Of a DNA stretch of 64,000 nucleotides, positions 12,450 through 24,457 are shown piece by piece. The DNA lies in the NCBI GenBank assembly GCA_964016885.1, contig OZ024740.1, positions 210,428,001-210,492,000 of the forward strand. Reading direction: 5' to 3'. The number at the start of each line of letters is the position of its first letter. Position 1 is the stretch's first letter. Under the pieces are notes generated by a model. The model was not told the DNA's origin, ran no database searches, and saw only the letters and a list, made by a program, of their open reading frames with translations. The translations under genes and the position numbers were made by a program. The stretch comes from Eledone cirrhosa (taxonomy: Eukaryota).

Positions 12450-13179
12450 ATTAATAATGTTTTTACATATAATCAGCTTCCTATTCTGCTGAAGAGTCAT
12501 ACAGATACATATTGTGGACAACAGTGTGTGATGGGTAAGATTCAAAATTACAATTAAAAGCTTTTGGTGGAGCATGTGACATTTAATACAAGAGCGTCTA
12601 GTACATAAATAAAATTAAAGAGACAGTACGTGCGTTAGTCATACATAAAGCAATTGAACAGGCAAAAGTATCAAGCATATATGAATGCTGGGTGTTGCAT
12701 AAAAAATACAAGCACAAAGCAGGTGTGTTAATATATTATGGTGGTTGCAATGCTGAGATATTTTCAGTGTAGATCGAATATGTGTGTGTGTAAAATAAGA
12801 AAGTTCCAGGTTTCACATCCATCACATATGTCACGATGTATTTGTGTTGAGTGTTTGTTATAGTAATGGCTTGTAATGTAAAGTAACTTAGTGTTATTTA
12901 GTCCGTACCGTATACTACATTTCTATAGCTGGGAGAATTTTCTACTGTTTAATACCCGGAAGTGGGAATGGAAGTAAGGGGAGCTAATGCGTAAAGGGAG
13001 GTAACTAGCTCATTATAATAATAATTAAACTCATTGTTCTAAGGGACTTTATATAGTGTTATAATTCAGGGCCTAATATAGAAACTATATATTTATATTT
13101 AATTTAATTTAATTTAATTTAAACCCAGTCTACTCTCTCCTAATACATTAAGGTATCATTATAATGTTGCCTATCAAGT

Positions 13180-13333
13180 CGGACGCCATGCTTTCCAGCA
13201 TAGTTACGTCCCTTTACGATCTGAGTTCAAATCCCGCCGAGGTTGACTTTGCCTTTCATCCTTACGGGGTCGATAAAATAAAGTACCAGTAATGCACTGG
13301 GTAATTGCTGGCCTTGTGCCTAAAGTAGAAACA
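13180..13333 (+). mobile_element. 5'-truncated tRNA-derived SINE with ~22-bp target-site duplication
   Basis: B box GAGTTCAAATCC, core GTTGACTTTGCCTTTCATCCTTACGGGGTCGATAAA; ATTATAATGTTGCCTATCAAGT on both sides. Confidence 0.85.
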
Positions 13334-13697
13334 ATTATAATGTTGCCTATCAAGTATTATAAAGTGCCATAATTGAATTTCCCATACAAATTGTTATATA
13401 TTTATATTAATTTAATCTTGAATACAGTCTACCCTCCCAAAATATATCAGATGTTTTGCTAGATTGCTGTCTACCTAATATATGGTAAGCTATGTAATAC
13501 CGTATAGCTGTTTGTATGGTAAAGTAGATATATCTCTAGAGTAAATAAACACATCCCTTATATACAATGTTATTCAGTCCAGAAATAGCCGTCGAAACTG
13601 GTCTAATTGATTTTTTGTGTGGTTAATTATGCTAATTGGGAGAGGAAATGGTGTATATATATTATCAAATGATTCTATGGACATACTTTATAGTATA

Positions 13698-14939
13698 CTA
13701 GCAGTAAAGCCCGGCGTTGCTCGGGGTCGCTCAGTAGCTGTGTTAAAGTTACAATGTTAAGTTTCTTTTTTGGCTTAAAAACTGTAGTGTCTACTGTGCA
13801 GACTTGCATGTGGTGTTTTTGATTAATATTCCCTCAACCAACAATATGCCTTATGAAGTTAAGAAAACATAACGATAACCCGAATGTTATAACAAAAGAG
13901 GATGCTGGGGATAGAAACTGCACTGGTTATTTATTAACAAAGATCGAAAATGTAAACACTGCAACGCAGAGAAAAACATTAGCGTAACCAAATTATCAGT
14001 TATGTCTGTCTGCACGCCTATATCACCTCTCTGCACGACTGTCTGTCTGCACGCCTATATCACCTCTCTGCACGACTATCTGTCTGCACGCGTATATCAC
14101 CTCTCTGCACGACTGTCTGTCTGCACGCGTATATCACCTCTCTGCACGACTGTCTGTCTGCACGACTGTCTGTCTGCACGCCTAACGAAATTTACAGATA
14201 CATATATTTTAAATAAACTTATATAATTTTTGCATTTTTTTACGAAATATTTGCTTGTTTTACGTAGTCTTTAAATAGACTTGTTTTCAAGTAAAAATAT
14301 TGTTTTAAAAGGCTTTTAAATGGAAATGAAGCAAAACGGAAGCTTAGTGTTCGAACTGATGAATTTTGCAGGTCAAAATTTTGCTGGCTCGACAACTGTT
14401 CGTGTATTGTGTTAATGTCATTTTAAACGCTGAGAAAGCCAGCGTAATTTTTTTAATTTGTGCACGCAGAAAATGTAAACAGAACGTAAGACGCTCAATG
14501 TAAACAGAACAAAGGGAAATAACTGATCACTTACGCTCAAAAATCGATACATTAGATTCGATTTCGTCACATAGGGTGGGTCAATTTGAAATATTTTTTT
14601 TCCGATGTCTTCGCTAGGGCTCAATGTACAAGTATAGCAATTTCGGTGCAATTCCGTCAGAGATTCTAAGAGGAGATGTGTGCCAAAAATCGATAGACAG
14701 ACAGACAACCACAGCTTTATATATATAGAACAAAGGGAAATAACTCGTCACTTACGCTCAAAAATCGATACATTAGATTCGATTTCGTCACATAGGGTGG
14801 GTCAATTTGAAATATTTTTTTTCCGATGTCTTCGCTAGGGCTCAATGTACAAGTATAGCAATTCCGTCAGAGATTCTAAGAGGAGATGTGTGCCAAAAAT
14901 CGATAGACAGACAGACAACCACAGCTTTATATATAGAGA
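13698..14939 (-). mobile_element. Non-autonomous Helitron with internal minisatellite and duplicated 5' segment
   Basis: Minus strand starts TC(TC)TATATATAAAGC..TGTCTGTCTGTC and ends in hairpin CCCGAGCAACGCCGGG followed by CTAG, inserted at A|T with no TSD. Internal repeat at 14001-14180; direct repeat ~14507-14728 / 14729-14939. Confidence 0.75.
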
Positions 14940-15667
14940 TTGTGTATGGTTGACGGTATATTTAATCGATTTCCGCGTTCTATTGAAATGTTGGGTAAAT
15001 ATTCTATAGCGGCTGGTCGCGATTAGATTGCTGTTGTTTATTTATCTACTATTTCTTCATAGGTGCCTTTTAATCTTATAGCCTGGTCTAATTGATGCTA
15101 ATTATGCTAATTAGGAGAGGAAATGGTGTATATATATTATCAAATGATTCTATGGACATACTTTGTAGTATATTGCTCTGATTATTTAATTTATTAATTC
15201 ATCATTGAGCCACATCGTGAATGGTTGCCAAAACATATATCTGTGACTTTGTCTAGTTTGTGTATATGTAAATCTTTATATATTTAAACGGAAAAAAATG
15301 AAACGAAATTTCATTTCCCACTCTTAGTACGGCTGTTACTTAAATATAAGTATAAGTATGTTGAACAAACGAGCAACGATGGTTGCTAGACACTACGGCT
15401 TAATACGGGATGTTTGTTTACAAACACACCGAGCATTATAATAAATGTTCGCTGAATCCATACGTACATATATATATGTGTGCATGTATGTATATATATA
15501 CATACTACTGTACGTCTGTATACATATATGTATTTCGTTTCATTTTTTCCGTTCATCGTTTTCGGTGCAACCGGCCGATTAACCCACTCGATATTCAAAT
15601 TGGGCTACTCAGCTGTTAATATGCATAAGGTAAGTATATACATTCAACAATCTGGCAGGAAGGTATA

Positions 15668-15708
15668 CGTTGCTGATGATAGCTAATAAGCTTGAAACTA
15701 GTACAGCG
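15668..15708 (+). ncRNA. Minimal type I hammerhead ribozyme, copy 1
   Basis: cgttg CTGATGA t agct-aata-agct t GAAAC-ta-GTA^ cagcg; predicted cleavage after 15703. Confidence 0.8.
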
Positions 15709-16088
15709 TTCCTTTATCAGTGTTGAACAAACGAGCAACGATGGTTACTAGACACTACGGCTTAATACGGGATGTTTGTTTACAAACACACCGAGCATTA
15801 TAATAAATGTTCGGTGAATCCATACGTACATATATATATGTGTGCATGTATGTATATATATATATACATACTACTGTACGTCTGTATACATATATGTATG
15901 TACGTGTACATACTTATATTTAAGTAACAGCCGTACTAAGAGTGGGAAATGAAATTTCGTTTCATTTTTTCCGTTTATCGTTTTTGGTGCACCCGTCGAT
16001 TAACCCACTCGATATGCAAATTGGGCTACTCAGCCGTTAATATGCATAAGGTAAGTATATACGTTCAACAATCTGGCGGGAAGGTATA

Positions 16089-16129
16089 CGTTGCTGACGA
16101 TAGCTAATAAGCTTGAAACTAGTACAGCG
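16089..16129 (+). ncRNA. Minimal type I hammerhead ribozyme, copy 2
   Basis: Same as copy 1 except CTGACGA (change at the free N7 position); predicted cleavage after 16124. Confidence 0.8.
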
Positions 16130-16325
16130 ATCCTTTGTCAAACAAACGAGCAACGATGGTTGCTAGACACTACGGCTTAATACGGGATGTTTGTTTACAA
16201 ACACACCGAGCATTATAATAAATGTTCGGTGAATCCATACGTACATATATATATGTGTGCATGTATGTATATATATATACATACTACTGTACGTCTGTAT
16301 ACATATATGTATGTACGTGTACATA

Positions 16326-16361
<36 letters not shown>

Positions 16362-16366
<5 letters not shown>

Positions 16367-18298
16367 TAAAATAACAGATTAAAGCTTAAGCAAACAATCG
16401 CTGCTTTCACCCTTAACGGTATCTTCTGAAACTAACAAAGTCAATCTGTAAACGTAGAAGTGGATATTTCAAAAAACGTTGCAACCGGAGGAAGACAGGA
16501 AGATGATACTTTGGTTCGTGGTAACGTTCCCTGGCAAAGAACGGGAAAAAACGAATATAATATGTCATTAACACAGAGTACGAAAATAGACCTAGAAGAA
16601 ATAGATCCCGTCGCATTTGTTGGTATAACCCACCATATAATATGGAGGTGGCCACACCATTAGCTAAGATCTTTCTTTCCCTTATTACGAAGCATTTTCC
16701 CCCTACACATAAATATAGTAAAAAATTTTAATAGAAATACTATTAAAATTTCTTACTCTACGACTCCTAAGCTTGCACATAACATCACAGCTTCAAATTT
16801 AGCTAAACTACCTAGCCGTAGGAACACGTGCAACCCTGTAGTTAGTACTAACTGTAATTGTAGGAATCGGGTTGATTGCCCCCTATCCGGGAAATGCTTC
16901 TCTAGTAACATTGTCTACAAATGTAAGGTTGAAACACCCACGTCCCGTAGGGCCTACAAAGGGTTAACCGCCAATAGTTTCAAGCAGCGTCTTTACATGC
17001 ATCCCCATTCTTTTCGTTACCCTCTAAGAAGGAATATGACGTCACTTTCACCTTATATCTGGAGTCTAAAAGACAACCACACCCAATATAAGTTACACTG
17101 GGAGATCCTAGCTAGGGCTAGATCGTATAACGGAAATAAAAGACCATGTGACCTCTGCGCCGCGGAGGCCCTGGAAATACTCTACGCCACAGACCACATC
17201 TTAAACAAAAAATATGAGGCAATTTCGGCTTGTAAACATAAATTGCACAAAACTTTCCTGTATTACAGCCCCACGTTATACCCTAACGGATAGTACAATC
17301 TATACGTGGATATTTTACGATGTGGTAGCTAAGTATATGTTTTGTTTATACCTTACTTATTTGCATAGGTAAGTATATATTACCTGTATGTTTTGTGAAG
17401 GTACGTATACTTTCTCGTACGTATATTTGATTGAATATGTTATGGCGTATACTTTTTTATATATTCCGGTACATATGGTTTGGTTATGTGTATACGAGAG
17501 TTTTGCGTCTGTGTGAGTATGCAGGTTCGTACGTATGTAGGGTGTGTGTATATGTGTACTTCATGTTTTGGTTGACCTACGTCTCCGAACATTTGTGTAT
17601 TTACATGTAGGTATGTATGTGCGCTTGTTATATACGTATTTATTTATTTATATACGTTTATTTAATTATTTATTTATTTGTATACACGCACACACACACA
17701 TAATTATATGTGCGTGGTTTTGTATACCTATGGCAAGTGTTTTCGCGTATGCTCGTGTATGTACGTATTTGCATGCGTGTATGTATTTATTTAATTTCTA
17801 TTACCCCTGTATTGTATTTTATTTACTTTATTCTTAACTCTGAAGCGGAGATTCATTCGGTTTCCTAGTTAGAATTTTACTCTACGACTTTAGTTATACC
17901 ATTTACGTGGTTTTGTCTTTGCGTGCAATTGTTCCCCACGTTCCACATATGACGTATTATCTTCGTTTTTTCCGTTCATTGCCAGAGAACGTCTCTATGA
18001 AACACCTAAGAAAACAATAGTCTACGACTTCTTTTATACCATAAACGTGGTTCTGTCTTTGCGCGTAATTGTTTTTCACCGCTCCTATTAATGACGTATC
18101 TTATTCGTTTTTTCCCGTTCTTTGCCAGGGAACGTGTCCACGAACCAAAGTATCGTCTTCCTATCTTCCTCCGGTTGCAACGTTTTTTGAAATATCCACT
18201 TCTGCGTTTACAGATTGACTTTGTTAGTTTCAGAAGATCCCGTTAAGGGTGAAAGCAGCGATTCTTTGCTTAAACTTTAATCTGTTATTTTAATAAAT
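16362..18298 (+). mobile_element. Penelope-like element 3' portion (Cys-rich linker + GIY-YIG) flanked by ~195-bp inverted pLTR copies
   Basis: Peptides KHFPPTHKY, FNRNTIKISYS, CNCRNRVDCPLSGKC, IVYKC, AYKGLT..FKQR, WEIL and CDLCAAE; 16362-16557 is the reverse complement of ~18102-18298. Confidence 0.85.
18210..18284 (+). ncRNA. Type I hammerhead fold with extended stem I and variant CAGAAGA core (inverted twin at ~16374-16449)
   Basis: acagattga..agttt CAGAAGA t (c/a)cc-gttaag-ggt GAAA gca..tgc TT^ aaact ttaatctgt; all three stems pair. Confidence 0.6.
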
Positions 18299-18383
18299 AT
18301 TTGCTCTACGGTTCTTATATATTTGATATATATTTATCCTTATCGAGCCCTCTTTGGATTTTAGTCTCCAAATTTATTATTAT

Positions 18384-18435
<52 letters not shown>

Positions 18436-18441
<6 letters not shown>

Positions 18442-18584
18442 CAACATCACTGTATATATATTTATATATATTTACCCTCCAACATCACTGTATATATATA
18501 TTTACATTAACATCACTGTTTATACATATATATTTACACACCAACATCACTGTACATATATATATTTACACACCAACATCACTG

Positions 18585-18663
<79 letters not shown>

Positions 18664-19012
18664 CATTCCAACATCACTGTGTATATATATATATTTACAC
18701 TCCAACATCACTGTGTATGTATATATATTTACACTCCAGCATCACTGTGTATATATATTTACACTCTAACATCACTGTGTATATATATTTACACTCCAAC
18801 ATCACTGTATATATATTTATACTCCAACATCACTGTGTATATATATATATATTTACACTTCAACATCACTGTGTATACACGTATATATTTACACTCCAAC
18901 ATGACTGTGTATATATGTTTATATAGATATATTTACACTCCAACATCACTATATATATACATATTTACATTCCAATATCACTGCGTATATATATATATAT
19001 TTACATTCCAAC
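18436..19012. repeat. Microsatellite-associated minisatellite (TTTACACTCCAACATCACTGTG(TA)n, ~30 bp)
   Basis: About 15 copies with variable TA tract length. Confidence 0.85.
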
Positions 19013-19257
19013 AGTATCATCTCTTTTTATTTTTATTTATTCTCTGGAAAATTTCTTAACCAACTGCTTTGGATATTGTTTATTTTCTAATTTGTTTTCT
19101 TTTTATAAGTCTTGAGATATTTTCTTTGAAAATAACATTTTTCATGGATCCCTAAAATACCCCGAATTTACTTTTGTGTGCGTGTATGTGGACTCACAAT
19201 ATTCTTATATGGACACCAGTTAATAACTACTACTCTAATAGAATACTTTACCAATCA

Positions 19258-19290
19258 CTAGCAGAATTGCCCGGCGCTGCTCGGGATTTG
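19258..19290 (-). mobile_element. Helitron 3' terminus (hairpin + CTAG), similar to the terminus at 13698
   Basis: CTAGCAGAATTGCCCGGCGCTGCTCGGG on the + strand. Confidence 0.55.
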
Positions 19291-19701
19291 CTCTAGGGTT
19301 CTTATATATTTTATATATATTTATCCTTATCAAGCCTCGTGAAATAAATACGTTTGTTTATATTTTGTTATTGTGTATGCAAAAAATATCTGTACACGAA
19401 TATATATATATAACAGTACAGAGATTCTGAATCTAAGGGACGTAACTTGTAACTACATTTACTAAAAGTAAAATATAGGTTATCTACTCTTGAAATGTTC
19501 AGCTGTTGCTACCGGTCGTCTGAGAGGAAATTTTGGTCTGCAGAAAAAATTTGGACATTATATGCTTTTAAGATTTTCTTATGATTACATAAGCATTCAT
19601 AATTTTCTTATAATTAAATAAGCTTTTATAGTGTTGTTATATTTAATATGTTCATTTCATATTAATAAAATAAAGTTCATATTAATAAAATAAAAGTTCC
19701 A

Positions 19702-19886
19702 GGGCGGTGGATTGGCAGTATGGGTAGAGTGTCAGACGCCATGCTTTCCAGCATAGTTACGGCCCTTTACGATCTGAGTTCAAATCCCGCCGAGGTTGAC
19801 TTTGCTTTTCATCCTTACGGGGTCGATAAAATAAAGTACCAGTAATGCACTGGGTAATTGCTGGCCTTGTGCCTAAAGTAGATACA
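19702..19886 (+). mobile_element. Full-length tRNA-derived SINE with 19-bp TSD
   Basis: A box TGGCAGTATGGGTAGA, B box GAGTTCAAATCC, conserved core; ATTAATAAAATAAAAGTTC on both sides. Confidence 0.85.
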
Positions 19887-20461
19887 ATTAATAAAATAAA
19901 AGTTCGCTGGTCATTATTTTACAAATGTATTTATCTTTTTAAAAAAAATCATATTAACGGGGTCGACTGCAAACCTGTCGGAGAGAGACCGATATTTGGA
20001 GAGTTTACCCAGAGCCTGGGTTAGTCGCAGACTGTACCAGGTTGCCATTGGAGAACGTGTCGCTGCATGTGGTATCCCACATGAGGGGTTAACCACCGTG
20101 GAACGAGAAGACAGTCATGCAGTTTGGCCTTTTGCCACACCGGCTTGAGCTGGGAGTGGAATCCTGTAGTATCCAAGCCGTGCTTTATGGTCTCGTTGAA
20201 AGCAACATGGCATGGAAGCGACTGGCAGGGTTGTCATTGTATTGATCAAAACCACACTACTTTGATCATAAGCCTGATAGGACAGAGTTGACCTGGGGCT
20301 AATGTGGCTGTGTGGTGAAGAAGTTCGTTCATCAACCACGTGGCATCAGGTTCAGTACTACAGCGTGACATCTTGTACCAGTGTCTTATATTGTAGCTGT
20401 GAGTTAACCAATATCTTGTGGGTGAAATTTGGTAGACGGAAACTCTCTGAAAGCTTATCAG

Positions 20462-20610
<149 letters not shown>

Positions 20611-20956
20611 CCACCATACCTAACCTACAAATGAGAATAAATGCCTCTAACATATCGAAACTACAGTATAACCTAGAACAGGCCCATACCTCAACTACTA
20701 GCGTGGATATTTAAAATAATTGCCCCAACCCATCAAACCCTGGAAACATCAACACTAATACTAATACCGACACCAACGTGAACAGAGTAATTAAAGGGCA
20801 TCACAACCAAATATATACACTCTATAACATGCCACACAGGTTCCCAAATAGAGACATTAATACTGTCAACATCTGCATTACCAACGTTAACCATAGGAAA
20901 TACAGGTGGACAGGTGACCACAGGAAATAACAACACCAACTCAACCCAAAGGAACT

Positions 20957-21297
20957 GTAGCAAGAGTTACCTCCCTTGTTGTGACGATCACATCACCATT
21001 AGAGTAACGCTCTCCCAACGGGAAGCAACTCCAGCTGCTTCCTGTCTAGAGAGCGTTACTCTATTGGTAATGTGATCGTCACAACAATGGAGGCAACTCT
21101 TGCTACAAAGAGTTGCCTCCCTTGTTGTGACGATCACATCACCAATAGAGTAACGCTCTCTAGACAGGAAGTAGAGCCTTTTTGGTACTTCCGTCCCAGG
21201 ACCTATAAAGGGAATAACTTTCAGCTACTTCCTGTCTAGAGAGCGTTACTCTATTGGTGATGTGATCGTCACAACAAGGGAGGAAACTCTTGCTACA
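20957..21297. repeat. Four ~60-70 bp copies in alternating orientation (+,-,+,-) inside a PLE linker remnant
   Basis: GTAGCAAGAGTT.CCTCCCTTGTTGTGACGATCACATCACCA.TAGAGTAACGCTCTC and its reverse complement alternate; followed by KNCNYRTKENCPLSNNC, like the PLE CNCR..CPL linker. Confidence 0.75.
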
Positions 21298-21375
21298 GAA
21301 CCATCCTACCAGAAACCAGCCCACTATCAAAAACTGCAACTACAGGACTAAAGAAAACTGCCCACTCAGTAATAA

Positions 21376-21553
21376 TTGTTTCTACTTTAGGCACAAGGCC
21401 AGCAATCACCAGTTCATTACTGGTACTTTATTTTATCGACCCCGTAAGGATGAAAGGCAAAGTCAACCTCGGCGGGATTTGAACTCAGATCGTAAAGGGA
21501 CGTAACTATGCTGGAAAGCATGGCGTCCGACCCTCTACCGATACTGCCAATCC
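21376..21553 (-). mobile_element. tRNA-derived SINE with TSD CCACTCAGTAATAAT
   Basis: Reverse complement of the 19702 family. Confidence 0.8.
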
Positions 21554-21785
21554 ACTCAGTAATAATGCAAGTTGATTACGAAAGACACACACAACTCACT
21601 GAAATCACCATCACAGTGAGAATTCATCTACGTACTTCAACTATCCACTCTTCTTACTATTACTTTTATTATTATTTTTACTATCTTACTGTACACACGC
21701 TTATAACCTCACCCCCTCCTGTTCCAGCAACCATTCCGACACACTCCACTCCTCTCACTCTTTATATCTTTATACCTTATTTCTT

Positions 21786-21819
<34 letters not shown>

Positions 21820-21831
21820 GCAAATGATATC

Positions 21832-21966
21832 AGTTAAGTGTTTCTGAGGATGACGGCCGATTGAACAGGGATTTCGAGACTAGAAATAGGTAGTAACTTA
21901 ACCACTACCATGCTAGTCGATGCATCGATCAATCGACCCTCTGAAACGATCGTAAACCAATGAACT
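21832..21966 (+). ncRNA. Type I hammerhead motif with a ~92-nt stem II insertion
   Basis: CTGAGGA at 21844 and GAAAC-gatc-GTA^ at 21943-21954. Stem II pairs gacggccgattga/tcaatcgaccctc, gactag/ctagtc and ggtagt/actacc. Stem I is weak. Confidence 0.6.
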
Positions 21967-22317
21967 AACTATTTACCTACACCAGGACTGTTTAACTGTC
22001 TGCCAATCTGTTGAACAGTTGAAAATATATAGTATTTTCTGAAGTACACATCGACTGAGTAGCTGTGCCAGAGCGAGAAATAAAATTCTAATTATATATA
22101 TATATATGCGTATACCATCATCATCATAATTTCATATTCGTTTTCCCAACAATGTCTTGATTCTCCCAGGGACATTGCCTTGGAACCCGAAACACCTCAT
22201 ATTGCAGATCATGTGCAAACCTTTTCCTTTCTGCCTCTTCCCATACTATGTTTACCTGACATCAAACAACTTCCATCCTGTTTTTCTGCTACTTTCTAGC
22301 TCTTACTCATATTAACA

Positions 22318-22550
22318 TATGTTGTGTAGTAGATTCTTCACCAGGGAGAGACTTTAGATCTACAACCATATGTTGTAGATTCTTCCCCAGGGAGAGACTT
22401 TACATCTACACCTATATGTTGTAGATTCTTCAACAGGGAGAGGCTTGGCATCTACAACCATGTGTAGTAGATTCTTCAGTAGGAAGAGACTTTACATTTA
22501 CAAATATATGTTGTAGATTCTTCACCAGGGGGAGACTTGGCATTTACAAC
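22318..22550. repeat. ~46-bp tandem repeat, ~5 copies
   Basis: ATGTTGTAGATTCTTCACCAGGGAGAGACTTTA.ATCTACAACCAT repeated. Confidence 0.8.
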
Positions 22551-22698
22551 TGCATGGCACAGCACATTTCCCTTCCATCCATTTCAGCAGAAAAAAAGTA
22601 GTAACAACCTTAGTTTTGAGAGTTGTCTGTGATGGGGTCAATTCCTGATTGATTGAGGATCGACTGTAAGTTTAAATGTATCTATCCTCCTAGTTTGT

Positions 22699-23012
22699 GA
22701 AGGCATGTGGCTTTGTGGTTAGGGTATTCAACTCATTATCATAAGGTCAGGAGTTTTTGATTCCTGGCAGCGCATTGTATGCTTGAGCAAGACACTTTAT
22801 TTTATGTTGTTCCAGTCAACTCAGCTGGCAAAAATGAGTTGTACGTGTAATTGGAAGGACCAGCCTTGTCACAGTCTGTGTCATGCTGAATCTTCCATTG
22901 AGGGTATGCGTTTTTGTGGAATGCTCAGCTACTTGCACGTTAATTTCACAAGCAGGCTGTTCTGTTGATTGGATCAACTGGAACACTTGTCGTTGTAACT
23001 GACGGAGTGCCA
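22699..23012 (+). mobile_element. Second tRNA-derived SINE family (TTGAGCAAGACACTT core); related fragments at ~7905-8040 (-), ~41358-41600 (+) and ~42375-42490 (+)
   Basis: A-box-like GTGGCTTTGTGGTTAGG, GATTCC B-box remnant, and a shared 3' part CACGTTAATTTCAC.AGCAGG..TCAACTGGAAC. Confidence 0.65.
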
Positions 23013-24457
23013 ATTGTCTCTCTTCCTAGCCGGCACCTGAACATAATGACTGTATAAGATAGACACACATACATGTACATACATATATACAAACACATAA
23101 GTACACACCAACTAGCAAGCTTGTATGAAATAGAATGTATATATGCACATAAACGCAAATATATGAATGCACTCAGTAAATACTGTAAAGTGGTTGGTGA
23201 TAGGAAGGGCATCCTGCTGTAGAAATCTTGCCAAAGAAAGGGTTGGGCAGACCCTTCTGCTGGGACAAAGACATGACAACCTCTCTTGTGCATTCGGTAG
23301 AACATGAAACCGTATGTAAGCAAGACACAGATTTCTGGCCTGTCTGGGAGATCAGTGGCTCTGCTTCTGTACCCACTTAGTCACTGTAAACCTGTTCAAC
23401 CCTTCCTAGTAGGGAAAGCAGACATTAAAATAACAACGATGATGATATACGATGTATTTTCATTTATTTGTCTTTGATAGATATCAATAAAATATTGGGG
23501 TTGGTAAGATCGAATATACCTTTCAAGGTGGTGGCCCAGTATGGCCTAAATTCAATTATTGAAACTAGTAATAAATGGTAATTTAACATACAAGGTAACA
23601 AAACACGTGAAATAGAAAAACAAAGACAGAAATGTCTGTGAGATTGTTTTTAATTCAAATTGAAGCAACTTTTTTAAATTACATTGAGATGGATTGTCAG
23701 ACATTGGTTGCACAGGATATTGGAATATTTCTTGGTTTCATTTCAATGAATTTCTGGCAACATCTGTGCAATTCTTTTCAGATGTTGAGTGGAGGGAGTG
23801 GGTATAGTTACCATAGTAATAATGTCTTTGTTGGGCAGTTAGTATGAACCTCATGGATCACAGCTATCATGAAAGCTCTCTCTCACACATATTATACATA
23901 CATACATACATACACAGTCCCTCTCACGCTAAATTGAAGCTGAGATGAAACGGCAATATTGATCAAGTATTTGACAATGATATCATGGATCAGGAGTTTG
24001 ATCTTGACATATAACTGGATGTAAGGGAAGTAACTCTAAAAGCCAAATCTGGATAGTTGCTCTTGGTATATAGCTCTCCAGTTGAAAAGGATACAAAAGG
24101 ACAGGACTGATACCACCATTTTTACTTTTTTGGCTTCCATTTCTGATTCTATTCAATTATTATTATTCACAGCTTCTTTATGATTTCTTTTAATTATATT
24201 CAATCCAAGTCAGTTGAGAGCAAAATTAATACATAACAACAGCTGCTTTCTTCAGTTTTTGAAACAATACTTAATTCACATAGCAGTAGGTGGGCAGGAG
24301 TATTGTGATATCTATTGGACTATACAGGGAGAGCTTTATCTCTCATTTAATCCTGTCCTAAAATTGCTCACCAGAAATCTCCCTAACACAGTACCATATG
24401 GGAATTTGTGTGGTGTACTAAGTGCATGTGTGTGTGTGTTTATATATATATATATAT

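Larger units (their letters stand above)
15285..16325 (+). mobile_element. Retrozyme-like / PLE-pLTR-like tandem repeat (~2.5 units of ~360-420 bp) with two hammerheads and an inverted partial copy at the left end
   Basis: Unit AACAAACGAGCAACGATGG starts at ~15364, ~15726 and ~16141; 15285-15352 is the reverse complement of ~15910-15977. Confidence 0.75.

Noticed and set aside
18436-19012. RSS-like heptamer CACAGTG/CACAGTA in several satellite units
   Set aside because: No nonamer at 12/23 spacing and no RAG/Transib ORF; expected by chance in CA-rich repeats.
19950-20460. GC-richer segment resembling a LINE 5' UTR or SINE composite
   Set aside because: Likely repeat-derived, but family and boundaries could not be supported from the sequence alone.
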